Assembly: GCA_965243025.1 (NCBI GenBank)
Contig: CBDETY010000003.1
Coordinates: forward strand, 2,272,001 to 2,336,000
Direction: 5' to 3'
Length of the DNA stretch: 64,000 bases
From: Candidatus Latescibacterota bacterium
GTDB lineage: Bacteria > Latescibacterota > UBA2968 > UBA8231
Below, piece after piece: positions 59,626 through 64,000 of the stretch. Below the pieces are notes generated by a model that saw only the letters and a list, made by a program, of their open reading frames with translations, ran no database searches and had not been told where the DNA came from. The translations under genes were made by a program, and so were the position numbers. How positions within the stretch are numbered: position 1 is the first letter of the stretch; each line of letters opens with the position of its first letter.

Positions 59626-59657
59626 AAGCAGGGGGCGCTGCGCGGCGCCCCCTGCTT
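59626..59657. terminator. 13-bp perfect stem-loop after the Cys-rich peptide gene
   Basis: AAGCAGGGGGCGC-TGCGCG-GCGCCCCCTGCTT; only a weak U-tract in the minus (transcribed) direction. Confidence 0.7.
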
Positions 59658-59735
59658 TTGTGTGCAGGCGATCCAATCATCAGAGGGTCCGAACCCTCAC
59701 CGATCATTGAATCGGCTTGCTTCGTCGCTCTCTTG

Positions 59736-60026
59736 CTAATCGCAGAGGCTGTCGTGGCAACCACCACCACCACCATCGCAAGGCTGGCAGTTCAATGCGA
59801 GAGTCTCGGGGATGCAATCTCCGCTACCTGCGCAGATCTGGTAGTCGCAGGAGGCCGCCGCCGGGGGCACCAGCAAGGGCTCCAGGGCTGCGTACGGCCC
59901 CGAGTTGGTCTCCGTCCCGGTGAACGGGATGAAGGCGAACACCACCCACACGGCCAAGGTGGCGACGAACGCCGCCAGACTGCGCGGCAGGATGAGCCGC
60001 GGCAACGTCGCGATGAGGTCTTTCAT
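59736..60026 (-). CDS. Small membrane-anchored protein with C-terminal 7-Cys peptide (precursor-like); alternative GTG start 60224
   Basis: TM SLAAFVATLAVWVVFAFIPF, linker ending PPAAA, core SCDYQICAGSGDCIPETLALNCQPCDGGGGGCHDSLCD; GGAG before ATG 60026 and AAGGAGGT before GTG 60224. Confidence 0.65.
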   Translation of the reverse strand: MKDLIATLPRLILPRSLAAFVATLAVWVVFAFIPFTGTETNSGPYAALEPLLVPPAAASCDYQICAGSGDCIPETLALNCQPCDGGGGGCHDSLCD

Positions 60027-60308
60027 GGTCTTTCGTTCTCCAGTTGAGAATGATTGCGAGTTTTGGCTCCTCTTGGGTGCCCACGGGGCAGCGGCGTGCG
60101 CGTTACCGTTTTTCTTCTCCTTTCCCATGCCCTGGATTTTCTCCCTCCCAGCTCCCGGTGTAGCCTTCGGGATGCCGCGTCGTATCGCGGTGCGGTGTAC
60201 TTCCTGTCGGGCGTTGACGGCCACGGGACGTGACCTCCTTTCCGAGAGCCTTTGGGGGCCTTTCGTTTGTCTGAGAACGAAGATCGCACCGGACAGACGG
60301 CTCCGGTA

Positions 60309-60352
60309 TCACCCGAACGGGTACATTTTTGTCACCCGAAAGGGTACATTTT
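60309..60352. promoter_or_regulatory. Tandem 21-bp repeats with internal palindrome, candidate NarL/LuxR operators
   Basis: TCACCCGAACGGGTACATTTT (60309-60329) and TCACCCGAAAGGGTACATTTT (60332-60352). Confidence 0.7.
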
Positions 60353-60460
60353 CCGAAAAATGGGGGGATTTGCCCGGAAAAACCGGGTTTGCGGGGCTCG
60401 GGACTGCCTGCGGAATTGGCGCCGAACCCGGAAAGGGAGTGACTGCCGCGAAGAGGGCAG

Positions 60461-61096
60461 CTACAGCGAGGTGAGCCCGGTGCTGATCGCGTACCTGGTC
60501 AAAGCGGCAATGCTGTGCAGGTCGAGCTTGTCCATGATGCGTTTCCGGTACGTGTTGACGGTGTTATCGCTCAAGTTCAGTCGTTTGGCAATTTCCGCTG
60601 TCTTCAAGCCCTTGCTGATGAGCCGTACCACCTCGCGCTCCTGCGCGCTCAGTTTCGGGTGGCCGGCAAGGGTCTGCACCTGGTCGTACACGGCCCCGGC
60701 CAACTCCGGGCTCAGGTAGGTGCCGCCGGCGAGGGCCGCCCGGGCGGCCCGCATCACCTCGGCCCCGGTCCGGGCGGCCCCTTTGACCACGTACCCCGAG
60801 GCCCCCGCCTCCAGCATGCCGGCGACGAAGTGCGGTTCTTCGTGCATCGACAGGGCTACCACCTTCACCTCCGGGGCCTGGGCGAGGATCTGGCGCGTCG
60901 CCTCCACCCCGCTCAGGTCGGGCAGGGCTACGTCCATGACCACGATGTCGGGCCGGCAGGCCGCGGCCTGCTCCACCGCGGTGCGCGCGTCCCCGGCTTC
61001 GCCCACCACCTCGAACCCGTCGTCCTGCGCGAACCTGGCCCTCAACGCCTCGCGCATCAGCTCGTGATCGTCCACCAGCAAAACCCGGATCGTCAT
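60461..61096 (-). CDS. NarL/LuxR-family response regulator
   Basis: VLLVDDH, PDIVVMD, GASGYVVK, LSAQEREVV...EIAKRLNLS.NTV.TY...IMDKL. Confidence 0.93.
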   Translation of the reverse strand: MTIRVLLVDDHELMREALRARFAQDDGFEVVGEAGDARTAVEQAAACRPDIVVMDVALPDLSGVEATRQILAQAPEVKVVALSMHEEPHFVAGMLEAGASGYVVKGAARTGAEVMRAARAALAGGTYLSPELAGAVYDQVQTLAGHPKLSAQEREVVRLISKGLKTAEIAKRLNLSDNTVNTYRKRIMDKLDLHSIAALTRYAISTGLTSL

Positions 61097-62145
61097 CGGG
61101 AACTCTCCTTTTTCTCGAGCAGCGAGGAAGGAATCGCCAGCACGCAACGCGTGCCCTGCCCCGGCGTCGATTCGATGTCGAAGGAGCCGCCGGCCTGCCT
61201 CAGGCACTCGCCGATGCTGAACAGGCCGAAACCGGTCCCCTGCCGGGGGTCCTCCGGAGAAGGATCGAAGCCGCGGCCGCGGTCGGCGACCGCCAGGCTC
61301 AGTCCGGTCCCGTCGCGGCGCAGGGACACCGCGGCCGCGTCCGTGCCGGCGTGCCGGACGACGTTGAGCAACAGCTCGCGAAGGCAGCGGAACAGCGTAG
61401 CTCGCAGACCTTCCTCCGCCACCTCGCAGTCCCCCTCGCATACCAGGCTGACCCGCAGCCCGTGCTCCTTCTCGAGCTGCCCGGCCAGCGAGTGCAGAGC
61501 GGCGACGAGCCCGTAGTAGTGGAGCTCGGGCGGACTGAGATCGAAAACCAGCGTGCGCAGTTCTTCCATCGTCCGCTCGAGCAGGCCGTCTATGTCGTGG
61601 AGCAGGGTCTGGCGTTCCTTCTCGTCCGCCTGCCGCAGGTCCTCGATCTTCATCCGCGACGCGGCCAGGGTCTGGCCGGCGCGGTCGTGCAAGTCGGCGG
61701 CAATGCGGCGGCGCTCGCGGTCTTCGACGGCGACCAACTCCGCCACCATGCGCCTTGCCTCGGTGACGTCGCGGACGATGCTCTGGTAGCCGCGGACGCT
61801 GCCGTCGGCGGCGCGCCGCACCACGTTGGTCAACAGGCAGTCGAGGCGGCGCCCGTCCCGGGTTACGAAAACGACCTCGTAGTCGCGGACGTACCCTTCG
61901 CGCTCGATCCTTTCCTGGTAGCGGGCGCGGTCTTCGGGATTGGCGTAGACGCCGAGGATGTTCATGCCGAGGAACCGTTCATGGGGCCAGTCGAACATTT
62001 CGCTCGCCGCGTGGTTGGCTTCGAGGATGGTCCCGTCGCGCGCGGTGACTATCATGGCGTCGTGGCACTCCTCGAACAGCTGGCGGTAATCCTCCGCGTT
62101 CAGCCGACCGCTCCCTTTACTCCGCTGTCGCTTCTGCCCACTCAT
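61093..62145 (-). CDS. Cytoplasmic PAS-domain histidine kinase (HisKA_3)
   Basis: PAS, ERRRIAADLHD, ELLLNVVRHA, DRGRGF, GFGL; no TM segment; ATGA overlap with the regulator. Confidence 0.92.
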   Translation of the reverse strand: MSGQKRQRSKGSGRLNAEDYRQLFEECHDAMIVTARDGTILEANHAASEMFDWPHERFLGMNILGVYANPEDRARYQERIEREGYVRDYEVVFVTRDGRRLDCLLTNVVRRAADGSVRGYQSIVRDVTEARRMVAELVAVEDRERRRIAADLHDRAGQTLAASRMKIEDLRQADEKERQTLLHDIDGLLERTMEELRTLVFDLSPPELHYYGLVAALHSLAGQLEKEHGLRVSLVCEGDCEVAEEGLRATLFRCLRELLLNVVRHAGTDAAAVSLRRDGTGLSLAVADRGRGFDPSPEDPRQGTGFGLFSIGECLRQAGGSFDIESTPGQGTRCVLAIPSSLLEKKESSR

Positions 62146-62212
62146 ACGTGTCGTGCCCCAAGTTGACTTGTGATCTCCCGGGGCCGGAATACGGGGTTTT
62201 TTTGAGCAGCCG

Positions 62213-63706
<1,494 letters not shown>

Positions 63707-63729
63707 TTTATAGCTCCGTGCCTGCCGCC

Positions 63730-64000
63730 TCAGGGGAGCCCGGCGGCCCGCCTGGCGGCGAGAATGGTGTTGAAGAGCAGCATCGCGATGGTCATCGGCC
63801 CCACCCCTCCCGGGACCGGGGTGATGGCGCCCGCCTTCTCGCGGACGCGGTCGAAGTCGACGTTCCCGACCAGGCGATGGCCGCTGCGGCGCGTGGAATC
63901 CTCGACGCGCACCACCCCGACGTCGATCACCACGGCGCCCTCGGCGACCATGTCCGCGCTGATGATGTGGGGGCGGTCGGCCGCGGCGATGAGGATGTCG
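63730..64000 (-). CDS. folD: Methylenetetrahydrofolate dehydrogenase/cyclohydrolase, 3' part (5' end outside window)
   Basis: DILIAAA...GAVVIDVG...[19 protein letters not shown]. Confidence 0.93.
   Translation of the reverse strand, partial: DILIAAADRPHIISADMVAEGAVVIDVGVVRVEDSTRRSGHRLVGNVDFDRVREKAGAITPVPGGVGPMTIAMLLFNTILAARRAAGLP

Noticed and set aside
63855-63870. FolD GDVD motif reads GNVD
   Set aside because: Single substitution in a partial gene; could be natural variation or an error.

Overview
GC-rich bacterial chromosome segment. The gene repertoire (sialidase-like propellers, phytanoyl-CoA dioxygenase, ankyrin, NHL, CRTAC1, secreted proteins with FlgD-like or TAVxxxSWxxIK C-termini) resembles Ca. 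Latescibacterota/Gemmatimonadota; this is inference only. Three zones. (1) 1-~6500: visibly more AT-rich end of an integrated element with an HK97-type packaging module in non-canonical order (terL-HNH-capsid-protease, running off the left edge), a ~1 kb symmetric non-coding region, divergent cargo genes and integrase-arm-like repeats; it looks like a capsid-forming satellite. (2) ~6600-52900: mostly catabolic and cell-envelope genes (SDRs, GH51, GH36, GH127, sialidase-like, TonB receptor, aminotransferases, Gfo/Idh/MocA), with local tandem duplications and an AbiE-type toxin-antitoxin pair. (3) 53040-62145: the best candidate for an undescribed system. A PAS kinase/NarL regulator with tandem palindromic operators precedes a membrane-anchored 7-Cys peptide, a stem-loop, three tandem secreted CBM9-like paralogs, a TlpA thioredoxin, and a lipoprotein fusing a HExxH-less M61 peptidase, a CGC-motif UshA-like domain and a tetraheme cytochrome c. 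mmsA and the 3' end of folD close the window. All family calls come from motif recognition by eye; no searches were run.
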